From Octopus bimaculoides (taxonomy: Eukaryota): a stretch of DNA of 64,000 bases. Shown here one piece after another: positions 12,040-24,228 of the stretch (the first letter of the stretch is position 1; each line of letters starts with the position of its first letter). The position numbers were made by a program, and so were the translations under genes. A model generated the notes under the pieces. That model was not told the origin of the DNA and did not search any database. It was given only the letters and a program-made list of their open reading frames with translations. The stretch is taken from the NCBI RefSeq assembly GCF_001194135.2, contig NC_068981.1:127530012-127594011 (forward strand), read 5' to 3'.

Positions 12040-14220
12040 TTTCAAATAATGAATAAATTCCCAAAGGAGGGAGAATTCTGATGGCTACTCATCGAAACCT
12101 CTCAAGACAATGGTCACCCTGACCACAAATGCAAGTGCCTTCTCTCTATTGTCCTCTTCCAATCTACAAATACGTGCTCAGAGTAGGCTCGCTTGGTTGG
12201 GCCATGCTTGCCACACTTATCCACTTTTCAATAAATTTTCTAGAGGCTGCTCTTTACTCCCTACCTCCACTTTTCTTTTTGAGTGAAATTTGAAAAAGTT
12301 GATGAGGGCTTGGACAAAGAGAAACTTGTCTGTCTTTAGCCCTGTCAATCTGGTTCACCACATAACCTCTTTCGCTAAGGCCAACAAACAGTTAAACACT
12401 GCTTCTCCTTCTCAGCCAAAGGGAAAGAGGCAGAACGATCTTCATGATGGACTCAACTGATAGCCAGATCTATCCCATGCACAACAGCGGGTCTCAACAT
12501 GATTCCATGTCAGTAGTGGTCAGACACTAGACGAATGCATGCAGAACAGTTTTGTCACTCTGCGTGTATCTCTGACAGGCTCGGCTGACGGCACATTCGT
12601 ACCTGTAGAATTTATTTACAAGTAACAATGTCCCCCACCCACCCGTATCACTACCAGATTAAGGATTTATGGAAATTATCCATTGGCCCTGACCCGAAAG
12701 TCTCCTGGAACAGATCAGCCAGTTGATTTTTGTGACACCCTGAGTTTCACCAAGACCGTCATTGCTCTTGCTCACACTAATCCTTGATAGAACGCCACAG
12801 TAAATTTCCTCTGACTGGTAGAGTGCTTCATGACATTCCAGATGTCAAGCACCCTGACTTGGTCTTTGCTTGGCTCAGGATTGTAGCTTTATCAAAGAGA
12901 CGAGCTGTGGAAATACCCTTGTAACAAATGGCGACCACACCTGTTCACGTCAAGGAATTGCTGGAGATATTGCAGTCTCAGCACACTAGCCACGGCATGC
13001 CCAGCCCTCTACTCAGTGGGTGTTGCCAGTGCATGGGATGTCTGACCAGTGGAACGCGTTCCCTCCATAAGAATCAGACTAGTAGATGCTCTAGTCTGGT
13101 AAGATGTCAGCTGAGGCAAGACAACTTGTCAGGCTGTTGTTTATAAAGAAGGCGATGTAAACGTTCACCCCCTCTGCCTAACATTTCAGTGATAACTTTC
13201 TCTTGGCACATCTTGTCCCAGTTCTTTGCGAAATCTTCACCAAACTAGACCCCGATCAGTTAAACCATACCGTCTGTTGAACACCCTACGATGCAGTAGA
13301 CGATATGAATATGCCTCTCCAGGTACCGAGCTGCAGACCCATTGATTTTTAGTTGAATTTTGCTTCTGTAACTGCTTCATGTTCCTTAGAATAGTCTAAT
13401 CACTTCAATGTGCTTGATATCCGGTGCCATAACGGTGATGTCGTCAGCGTATGCTGATACTGTTTTTCTGCATCTTAGTTCGCACGTGATGCTCCACAAA
13501 GTCTCTAGTTTATGTAAATGTCAGTACATACAGAAGAGCATGATACTCAATGATTCTGACAGATGACAACTCTACCACTGAGCAGGTGTCGCTGTACATT
13601 GCGGCGATCCAACTGCGAAAGATGGAATTTCGGAATTTGTGTTTAGCAAAATTATTGGCCTAAAATTAGCTACATGTATCTCTCCACCACCCCCAGTTGG
13701 TTCCTTTCTCAGTAGTGTCATTGCTCATCAACTCATAGAACTGGGGGTTTTCCCATTCTGCTGTCAGTTGGAGTAACTATCTGCTATGAGATTTCCATAC
13801 AAGTCTAGCATGTAAGAGCAGACAAAACAAACCAAGCAGTGAATTGCTTTGGTTTGTTATTGGCTTTTCGCAGCACTCCGCCTCTTTCATTGAGAGTTGA
13901 GGTAGGCTTTGATGTCCATTCTGCGATCGTCTCTTGTCTCTACTCGGGTTCAAGTAACACACACCCATCATGATCTGTCAAAGACTGAATTGTGGTTTTG
14001 TTTTCACGTTGCACCTCTACCTCTCAGGCCCATTGGATAGCTTTTGTCCCTTCAAGTGTTAGAGCATGTACCTTAGCACTGACAATGCTGCTTTCGTGCT
14101 TTGTGATGAAAAATTGGTCAAGGGCCAATTTTGTCATGAGCACATCGGTTGCGATGTCTTTCCTGAGCCTCTTTTAAGCTTCTAATCAAGTCTCCTATTT
14201 TTTTCTGATTCTACTCTAAT
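12040..14220 (-). mobile_element. Degenerate Tx1/L1-clade LINE ORF2, 5'-truncated
   Basis: Minus-strand VSAYADDITVMAP (YADD at 13440-13451); the 14000-14220 part is homologous to the post-endonuclease region of the element at 15500-15860; many stops. Confidence 0.75.
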
Positions 14221-14347
14221 TTCCTTTTTAGTATATGCAGATGATGTTACTGTAAAGATGTTGAATGCCACAGAAGTAAAGGTAATTGGTATTGTTATAA
14301 AGAAATATAAGGTGATGACAGGAGTATCGCGTACACTTGAATGAAAT

Positions 14348-14616
14348 TCCTCTCCCCTTTATTATATATATACGTGCTTTCGAACATAGCAGATAACAGT
14401 TAGCCTTTGGCTGCTATTTGGACCCCATTGTGTCCACTACTCTGATTGGTTGGTATGTGCACAATTTATCTCATACTCTGTCGTGCCAATATGCAGTGTA
14501 TAACCAATTGGAGTTCTAAATGAGATCACGTGAGACAGCCTGTTCACAACCCCGTTTGAACCTACTGTTCCTTATAAGCACTCACCTTCTTGTCTCAAGG
14601 TCTTTGGTTCCAGACC
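14348..14616 (+). mobile_element. LTR, 5' (U3-like) half, interrupted by a LINE
   Basis: Collinear by eye with 59761-60020 (cgaacatagcagataacag...tttggaccccattg...ctctgattggtt); CCAAT-like boxes and TATAA at 14573; ends in TCTTTGGTTCCAGACC. Confidence 0.7.
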
Positions 14617-17600
14617 ATCGTTCGCCCCACATTCTTATGTGATATATCTGCTTGTGTTTACCTTGAAGGTTAGTTGTTATAATTGTTGCTTGCTTGCAGG
14701 AATTATTACATTGTGCTTGTTGGTTTCCCGTAAGGGAAACGTTGTTAAATAATTGTCTGTGTTAATGTCATCCTCCTCTAAGTGGGAAAGATATATAAAT
14801 TGTGTTTACCGCTTGCAGTTAATTTTGAACCGTGTTCCTGTTTGGAACAAAAATTGTGGAATTTTCAAATATTTTTATTTAAAAATATTAAAAATGTCTT
14901 CTGTAGGACAAAAAAAGAAAAGAAAAATGAATTTTGCCGCCGCTGTTGGTGAACTTGAAACAATTACTTTAAAGATGGAAGATATACAGGCATACTATGG
15001 TATGATCACCAAAGAAAACGGTGAAAGTAAGATAACACCCCCGAGTGAAATAAGAAACAAGACGAAGGAAAAGACCATTATATATAAAACATATGATGTG
15101 GAAAAGAAAAGATTGGAATATTTGGAGGAAAGCACAATTGAAAGGTGTCTCAGGCCGGTGATAAATGAAATAAATTACCTAGCCCAAGGCACAAGGTATG
15201 CGACCACCAAAGCAAGGTTTGAATCGATTGAGAAGGCAAGAGAATTTTCAACTTGAACCTTGCTATGTGGCAACATCATGCTACTGCCTCTATATCTGGG
15301 ATGCAGAATGTCCCGGGTAAGGATTAAGAACATCCCCCCAGAGGGGGAGGTAGTATGGATTGTTGCCTCACTCCTCTATAGGAGAGAGGACAAAATAAAT
15401 ATTATTCAGATCTCCAGAGACGCCCTACAGAATTGGCAGGGTCAAACTCTGGAGATCCTGGCACAAGTAACAAGTCTGGATTTGGAAGGTCTACCCAAAT
15501 ATTAACAACCGGTGGTGGAGTGCCCTTAAAAGAGCCATTTGACTTGAGTTGATTAGATTTAGCAAGTAGTTAAGTCTAGGGCAGACTCGAGTAGAAAAGG
15601 AATTAGTTAAGGCATTAGAAGAGGCGCTGAGGATGGGCTCTGCACCCCAAGTGTTGGCGGTGAGATCGGCCCTGGACCGACACCTCCATGCCAAACACGA
15701 AGGATGCAGAGTCTGGGCTAAAATACGTGCACTGGGCCGTGAGGGTATCAACGCTGCTGGGTGGGCTCGCTCAGAAGAAACCCAACGTGGCGTGGAGGCT
15801 ATGATAAGGTCTGTGGTAGACGAGCATGGACAGGAGATCCAAAGACAAGGAAGAGATGTGCNNNNNNNNNNNNNNNNNNNNNNNNNNNNNNNNNNNNNNN
15901 NNNNNNNNNNNNNNNNNNNCTGAGTGATGTGAAGGGCCAATCACGGCCGAGGAGGTTATAGAGGTACTTTCCGAGTGCCCCGGGGACAAGTCGCCGGGAT
16001 TGGATGGTCTACCTTACAAATTTTATAAAAATATGCCAGACTTGTTCAGGAACGCACTGTCCAGTGTACAGGAATTGGCAGCAGAATGGGAGAATTCCCA
16101 AATCTGTGAGCCGAGGAGTGATCAGGAAGGACCCTAGAAAGGGGGATAACATTAATAATTTTCGGCCCATAACTCTGCTAAACACAGAGTTAAAGATTTT
16201 GGCCAAGGTGCTAGCCAAGAGTGAGAATTGTCGTGGGCGACCTGGTAGGACAGGCACAGACATGTGCTATCCCAGGAAGAATGATACATGACAACCTTCA
16301 TTTCATTCGCTACACCATAGAGAGGGTTGGTAAAGTTCATGGCAAAAGTGGGGCACTGGTGAATTTAGACCAGTCTAAGGCATTTGATAGGGTCGACCAT
16401 CGGTATCTGGCGGCGGTCGGACTGGGCCCGACCCACTTGATCTGTGTTAAGGTAGAAGTGCGACGGCATATGTGGATGATGTTACCATCATTGTGTCTGA
16501 TGAAGGGCAGCTAACTCGTGTAGAAGACGCCAACCAGGAGAAATCAGTCAGCTAGCAACTCGGCACCTGGCGTGGCAAGTCGATGCCTCCCAGCAGTGTC
16601 GTTGGATGCTGGATGGAGGGCCCGGTTAAATTGCTTGGAATTTGGTTTGAACCAGATTTCCAGCTGGAGAAAAACTGGAGCGAAGTGGTGAGCAAGATGA
16701 CGACCATAACCCAGACCTGGTCTGGGAGGAAGTTATCTTTGCTAGGAAGGGCCGAGGTTGCATAGGTGTTTATAGCATTGGTGATAACCTACCACCTAAC
16801 CATCGTGCCTTGTCCCGGTTTGTGGCTGACCAAGTTGGAACGGATCCTTTTCCACTTTTTGTGGAAAGTGAAAACGTCACTTGTGAGGCGCCTCATCTGC
16901 TGCCAAAAACCATTAAAGGGTGGACTGGGGATGCCTTGGCTGATGATGCGCAAGTACGCGCTGAGGCTGAGACATCTCTGGTGCTACCTGGATGGTGAGC
17001 AGGTGTGGTCACCGCATGCCAAGCAACTCTTTCCACAACTGAAGTATCTCAGGGACTTAGGTACATGGATCAAGCGGAGACTTAGGATGGGAGAATGGCA
17101 GAGGGAGTGCAGACAAGCACTCACTCTGTTCTCTCGGGCGAGCAATACCGGTAGCGAGGTTACCACTGTGGATTTTTAGAGAGGATTGGTAGAGTATAAG
17201 TCCAACAATATCCTGGGGGGAGACTCTGGGCTTTGATGGGGAGCAACTGACCAACCTGTTCGGAAGGACATTCGGGCCGAGGTATCTGGATAACTTCCAG
17301 AAATCCTTGGCTTGGTTGTGCTACTGATCAGCCATAGCGGTTCGAGAGAGGTTGTCTAGACACGGTTTTGACACCTCCCCCATATGCCCAAGGTGCGGGC
17401 GCGCCAGTGAAACTGTCGCACACTGTGAGGAGTTGAGGGAGTTGATAACTTATATCGGAAAACTGATGTCAGATGCAGAGAGAGTACGGCTCTCGACTGA
17501 GTCCATGATTAAGATCGTACCGCCTTCTTCCTTCAACAAGGAAAAGAAGGCATCTTTTTTCTGCGTAGTAGCCATACTGAAAGAAACGGTATGAACGACA

Positions 17601-18044
17601 CAAGCGAAAGAGATTGGGACAGGTCACTTCATCTCCGGACACGGGTTGGTAAGTTATTTCAACTTCCACCTGTTGAGAAAGATCCGTGTGGAGAAAAGGT
17701 GCCTGTCGCAAAGTACGTTCGGAAAAAGATGGATGTCTGTAGTAAGGAAGCTGAGGATGAATGGGGCCGTGCTAGCATAGCTGGTCAAGGCGAAAAGAAA
17801 GAAAAAAAAAACAAAGNNNNNNNNNNNNNNNNNNNNNNNNNNNNNNNNNNNNNNNNNNNNNNNNNNNNNNNNNATAAAATAACCCGGAACATTATTTTAT
17901 TAATTTTTAATTGTATATAATTTTATTTCATCCTTTTATCCAATTTTTTCCGTTTCATTGTGACCCAAACCATTTGTAAGAATGTAAGTGTTCGTCTCTT
18001 GTAGTGTCCTCTCTATGTATACCTTTATAGGTAAATAAAGAAAT
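14617..18044 (+). mobile_element. Tx1-clade non-LTR retrotransposon with both ends present, internally deleted and frameshifted
   Basis: ORF1-like piece from ATG 14894 (includes RVRIKNIPPE). RT motifs: KSPGLDGLPYKFY, NFRPITLLNTELKILAKVLA, LDQSKAFDRVDH, YVDD (16469-16480), KLLGIWF, GGLGMP and a C-terminal CPRCG...ETVAH zinc-binding region. AATAAA at 18034; 16-bp TSD at 14601-14616 and 18045-18060. Confidence 0.85.
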
Positions 18045-18841
18045 TCTTTGGTTCCAGACCTTGTAAAGCCTAGCCACTGACCACACAAGACACAGCCAGT
18101 TCCAGCGACAACACCCGCCTAACAGCAACACGCCCCAATACAGTACTGTTCGTGAATTACTTCACCATGGATCAACAGTAAAGATACAACCTGCGAGCCA
18201 GACGACAACACCTGTCCAACAACATTACGGCAATCTCTTTCTTCGTCGCCACTATCATCTTAACGTCGTCAACATCATCTCTACGTACACAGCTCAAGCA
18301 ACACTGCACAGGTTCCAACACAGCACTGTTTGCGAATTACTTTACCATGGTTAGCAGTAAATACAACCTGCGAGAACTCCTGTACAAGTGACCCAGGCAG
18401 CAGCATTACAACCACAACTTCGTACATGTACTGCAACCAGATCTGCATCATCGCTGCAACTTCTTGATACAGTATTTCAACTACCGTGTACAATTGACTA
18501 CGAAACTGGTATTTTTCATTTTTGTGTCTATGAACAATCGTCTAACTTCTCATTATAGACTTTCTCACTGTTCTCTTCATTGTAGTTCTTATATGTACTT
18601 AACGCACACGCATACATCCATGCCTATACACATACACACACTTTGTTCTCATGACGGCCTGTCTATTATTTTGTATACATGACACATACACACATGTTAA
18701 CATATCAATAAAACTCTCTTAAACATTCTATTCAGTTGTGTCTCTCTCTTTTCCTCACTGGCACATTATATGTATTATCCCAGCCTTCCGAACAGAGTCG
18801 TTATTAGATAGTTTCACCTCGTGAGACCACGACCATCTATA
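18045..18841 (+). mobile_element. LTR, 3' (R/U5-like) half
   Basis: Continues the homology to 60010-60372 after the TSD (cta.ccactgaccaca ... cagccttc.ga..gagtc..tt.agata ... cc.tcta.a); AATAAA near 18707; no PBS follows. Confidence 0.65.
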
Positions 18842-19429
18842 GCAGCATAGATTTTTTTTTAAATAAGTGGATGCCTACCTACTAATACGGAGTAAAGATT
18901 AGCCTGGAAAAGTCAGTGAGATTGCAGCTCTGTACCTTAAGAGGCAAGTCAATGCTTTTGGTGTTTAACATTACTGCCTGGTCCTTGGGATAAGTCTACT
19001 TTGTTACAAGTACTTGGGCCCGGTCTCCAATTTGAGAAGAATTTCGCTCTACAAGTTTTGAAAGCTCTGAAAAACTTAAGGGTAAGAGACGCTGGCTTCT
19101 CCCTTCAGACAAAATGGTAATGTGTACATATTTTCTTGTTTCTGGAATCAAACGTGTTCAAGCAGATAATGCTAGCAGTAAAGAGTAATTAGATAACGTA
19201 TGTTTATTTAAACTGGTACAAATAGACATTGTCACAATATTTCTCAATCAACTTAACATGTTGCATGATTTGAGATAGCTGACAGTCAATTTTGTCAAGA
19301 CAAAAACAAAGCTAATACAACTGTCTGAGGGAGGGAGTGCTAAGGAATATGAATTTAGACCCTGGATCATCTAAATAATATATATATTCTGGTTCAAGTA
19401 GAATGAATATGCTACATCACAAATAACAG

Positions 19430-19600
19430 AATATCCATTGTATGTACATCTGAATGAGAACAATCTACACCTGTGGATTTAATAAAGGGTTTGGTTCGAA
19501 ATTTCGAGTATGTTATCGAATATGAAAGACAACTGAAAAAGGCCGGAGTTACAATGGCCAAAACGTTGTAACTACACCCAAAATCGGAACACTCATCCGA
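19430..19600 (+). mobile_element. Penelope-like element terminal remnant
   Basis: ggttcgaaatttc...gacaactgaaaaaggcc...ggccaaaacgttgt resembles the end attached to the Penelope-like fragment at 26620-26800 (minus). Confidence 0.45.
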
Positions 19601-20041
19601 ATATATGTGTATAGTAATAATAATTTCCCATCTCAGAAATTCAAACAGATGTATGTATACCGTATAAGATAGTACAGTGTTATTTGAAGGATATACAAGG
19701 TGCACGTGTGTGAATACTTGCATGAAAGCTTTATGTCTGCATGTTTAATCTTGTTTAATTGTATGTGACAAAAGTTCATGAGATTGCATACGCCTAACAC
19801 TATAGTGTATTGTGCATTTTTTATATTTTAATGCTGTAAAATAAAATAAGAATGTATCCGGGTTGAAATTACTCCTAAGAACTATTTGTAATGTACTTCT
19901 GTCTCTTGTTAATAAAAAAGAACAGGGCTAGAGAGACCTGAAAGTTTATGTATCATTGGTGTATGCGCTTTGTCCAACATATCTGAAAACAATTGTGCTA
20001 TCTTCATCGCGACAGATGTTCTTGGATATCTATACCAGCTG

Positions 20042-21289
20042 GGTACTACTCAAGCAGAGCGGACCCGAACGCGCTAGCTAGTCGTGAGTGGTCGATCCTA
20101 CGAAAAGTGCGTGCGCGCGCGCACAAATGAGTATATGTATGCGCGTGCGCGCGTATGCAAATTAGTAAATAATTTCTTTTAAACAAAGTAAATAATTTTT
20201 TTTTAATTACTTTTTTCTTTTCTAAACAACGTAGATAGGTAGAAGGAATAAAAATAACACACTATCTGTTTTTGTTAACTTCATACATTTTTTTTCTTTT
20301 AATTAAATTTTGTGAACAAAATAATTTTTATTTTCTAAACAACGTAAATAAATTTTAAAAAAGGTGCACATTGGGATTAGACACTGAGGGAAACTTGATA
20401 TGCTAGNNNNNNNNNNNNNNNNNNNNNNNNNNNNNNNNNNNNNNNNNNNNNNNNNNNNNNNNNNNNNNNNNNNNNNNNNNNNNNNNNNNNNNNNNNNNNN
20501 NNNNNNNNNNNNNNNNNNNNNNNNNNNNNNNNNNNNNNNNNNNNNNNNNNNNNNNNNNNNNNNNNNNNNNNNNNNNNNNNNNNNNNNNNNNNNNNNNNNN
20601 NNNNNNNNNNNNNNNNNNNNNNNNNNNNNNNNNNNNNNNNNNNNNNNNNNNNNNNNNNNNNNNNNNNNNNNNNNNNNNNNNNNNNNNNNNNNNNNNNNNN
20701 NNNNNNNNNNNNNNNNNNNNNNNNNNNNNNNNNNNNNNNNNNNNNNNNNNNNNNNNNNNNNNNNNNNNNNNNNNNNNNNNNNNNNNNNNNNNNNNNNNNN
20801 NNNNNNNNNNNNNNNNNNNNNNNNNNNNNNNNNNNNNNNNNNNNNNNNNNNNNNNNNNNNNNNNNNNNNNNNNNNNNNNNNNNNNNNNNNNNNNNNNNNN
20901 NNNNNNNNNNNNNNNNNNNNNNNNNNNNNNNNNNNNNNNNNNNNNNNNNNNNNNNNNNNCTTTTTTAAAATTTATTTACGTTGTTTAGAAAATAAAAATT
21001 ATTTTGTTCACAAAATTTAATTAAAAGAAAAAAAATGTATGAAGTTAACAAAAACAGATAGTGTGTTATTTTTATTCCTTCTACCTATCTACGTTGTTTA
21101 GAAAAGAAAAAAAGTAATTAAAAAAAATTATTTACTTTGTTTAAAAGAAATTATTTACTAATTTGCATGCGCACATATGTATTCATTTGCACGCGCGCTC
21201 GCGCGCACTTTTCGTAGGATCGACCACTCACGACTAGCTAGCGCGGACGCGCGACTGCGCGTTCGGGTCCGCTCTGCTTGAGTAGTACC
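20042..21289. mobile_element. Foldback/Mutator-like element with ~320-bp terminal inverted repeats; centre in an assembly gap
   Basis: Arm 20042-20363 is the reverse complement of 20960-21289 apart from small indels in the GC-dinucleotide tract; termini GGTAC...GTACC; flanks TACCAGCTG / TACGAGCTC (7 of 9 match). Confidence 0.8.
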
Positions 21290-22180
21290 TACGAGCTCTC
21301 TGTCTTGGTCGTCTGCCCGGCCGACTGATGTGACAAAAGTGTAGGTGCCAAAAGCAACACTTTTATTGGGTACAAGAAGAAGATTCTAGAAGATTGAATC
21401 ACGCAACAGCTTTCCACTGATTTAATAGACCAATCACATGAGACTACTGCGGTTCGGTTGTAGTGTTTGACCGGCTACCTAGCAGTTAGGTTTCGAATCA
21501 CCCCTACAGTAATAACAAAGCAAAGTCTTGATTGTTGAGTGATGGTACCTTGGAAAGGTGAGATAGAATGGGATCATGAAAGGGAGACTCTAAAATATGA
21601 TGGCTTTAGAGAATTGTGGGAGACACAAGGATGACAGTGTATAGTGCTTCCAACACAGGTAGATTGCCATGGGTTTGTAGCTGGATTGACAATGTCCTAT
21701 TTGGCAAACACTATAATTATGAAGAGTCACAAACAGTAATTCAACGAACATGAGATTGAAAAACAAAATGTTTCATCGTGGATATGGTAGACGCATGTGA
21801 GAAAAATACCAGCGCCGAGAGCAAAAAAATAAAAAATAAATAAATAAACAGCAAAAATATACCATATCTTCTGCAAATAGTGAAGCAAGTTAGTTGCTAT
21901 GCAGTTGGAATAGTTACACTTGTACCTTGATTACTGTGTTGGTTCCAAGGATAACGGTGGCGAGAAACGTGTTGTAGTTTCGGTCAGAATAACAAGGATA
22001 TTCTCTTGTGGTATCAATACTACTTAGTACCACTCAAAAGAGCAATGATATCGGAAGATGCTCATATCTTTGTGGTTTCCAGTTAATAGCTGATGAAGGG
22101 ACGTTGAAAGTTTGCTTGTCATCGGTTCCCCGCCACCTCTTTTTATATTTCGAAACTGTTCAGCCTGGAGTTGATATTAA

Positions 22181-22474
22181 CCCATAAACTGTGATAGGCC
22201 ACCTCAGTGGCCTACGCGACAGTGCAATAGGCCACCTCAGTGGCCAATGCAACAGTGCTAGAGGCCACGGAAGTAGGGCATGATCTGACCGAATTTTGAT
22301 GACGTATAATGTATGCACACGGATACCCTTTCACCCCAGAAACAGTGTAGCCAATCACAGAAGGTGTTAAGAAACACTGAGTATTTTTTTCGAGTGATAG
22401 ATCGATGTTGACCTTTATCCAAAATAGGCTCAGCAGTTCGTGTTACATACAGCAAAATCCCAGCAGTTAATGGG
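22181..22474. mobile_element. piggyBac-type MITE (294 bp)
   Basis: TTAA|CCCATAAACTG...CAGTTAATGGG|TTAA: TTAA on both sides, CCC...GGG termini, 11-bp TIR with one mismatch. Confidence 0.75.
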
Positions 22475-24104
22475 TTAAACTTGGATGAGTAACGAATAGC
22501 TTCCTAGTTTCTTACCCAAGATTTGAAACCAAGTCTACATTTTTCTACCAGTTCCTTTCCTATTGTTCTCTTGCTTTAGCACTAAGAAATTTAAGGGAGT
22601 CAAGTGTCACACTAAGTTAAGTTTTATAGTCTAAATTAACATTCTTGGGTTAAATAGACTTTAGTCAGATAAGAGACGGAAAATCTTTTTACTAGCCAGA
22701 CCTAATTTAGTTATCAAAAAATATTAATACAGAACCCCAAATAAGTCCTCTCTCTCTTTGGTCTGTTGGCACCTAGCTGAAGGGCACCTATTTCTCTCCC
22801 TTCACTTATGGATTGTTATCCAGCAACAACACAACTACTTTTACCCTAACTACTTGTCAGCCCTGAGGCCAGACCCTTGTATTCTTTATCTCTCCTTCTT
22901 TCATCAGTCTTAGCAGTCAACAGAATATGAACTGAACTACCTACTGACTAGATAACAGAACGATAAATTATCATTGGGTAACAACTAAAAAAAAAGTTGT
23001 ATCTTACGTTGTAACGATGAAAATGAAGGACCATTTCAACCAACTAATATTTTCTTCCTCTCATTCATTTGCTACATATAAATCGTTTCAATTTCGGTGA
23101 CGCCGACGTGCAAACATGTGCATGTAATCGTTACAGATTCGAAGCAGCCATTCGTACCACAAGGATATTCGCGAACACTCTTTCAGAGACCCACTGAGTA
23201 TTTCTCAAATTCAATTTAATGAAAAAAAAAAAAAGTCTTCGATCCAGTCACAGGTGATGTCATTCAGAGATCAGTAAAATATAAGGCTCTAGAACTCTAC
23301 CATTTTGCTCGGAAGGCTTATTGGGAACCTTTGATGATACAGTCATTCTGTTTCAGGAGTTCATCTGGAAACAGCCATTTAGTCCTGCATTGTTTGTACT
23401 GGGCATCAGTGATATTGCTAGGCTGGGTTTGGGGTTTGATTTGGATTTGATCCTGGCTGAAGCAAAGTTGGTGACTAAAAAACATGGTCGTAAAGGCTTT
23501 TGAAGGTAATGATGCTAAATGTGAACTTTGGATAGTCAACCATTCACCTACACCACATATAAATAAAATTCTTTCCTTCGATCAAAATTAGAAATTCGGA
23601 ATCGAAGTGAAATTCGTATCATGGATGCCTATCCATGGCGTTTATTTTCCTTGGAGCTCTAATTTTTTTTATCTTGCTTTCGAACAGATGTCAAAGTCGA
23701 AGTAATTATTCAAAAACAAGTTGTGCTTTGTTCTTAGGAATTGTTTATTGATTTCCAAGTTAGTTTATATAAAGAAAGTTAACTCCTCGTTTAGATTTTC
23801 GTCGACCCTGCAGCATTTTGACAATTTGGTTTATTCGCAACCTATTTTAAAGGCGATAAGAAATTAAACAAATTACTATGGAAATATTTACCAATGTTTC
23901 ATATAGAGCGTAAGCGCTGAACAAGGGAGATAATTCATGTTAGTAAATAAATTACTGGAAAAAAATTACAGCAGGTGGCAGTAGCGAATACTCACATGAC
24001 ACACACACACCCACCCACTCCCCTTGTAATTCTTGTCCGTATACGATTGTGAACATCGTTCCTTCCTTTACTTTGCAACTGTGGTCTTACAGGCAGGCTT
24101 CAAT

Positions 24105-24228
24105 ATGATGTCTGAAATATCTTTTAACATTGACCACGGCTACTTGGAAGGCTTGGTCCGTGGTTTCAAAGGTGGCATACTTAAACAATCCGACTACGTG
24201 AACTTGGTTCAGTGTGAAACATTGGAAG
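24105..24228 (+). CDS. ATP6V0D1: V-type ATPase V0 subunit d, coding exon 1 (124 nt)
   Basis: [41 protein letters not shown]; ends GAAG|gtgagt. The second ATG at 24108 is an alternative start. Confidence 0.96.

Noticed and set aside
14225-14325. Plus-strand RT fragment as a twin-priming 5' inversion of the adjacent minus LINE
   Set aside because: It covers YADD, which the minus element already contains in a different sequence, so it is an independent fragment.
24085-24104. Acceptor-like cttacag|gcag just upstream of the ATP6V0D ATG, suggesting a 5'UTR intron
   Set aside because: No matching upstream plus-strand donor or exon could be supported; needs transcript data.
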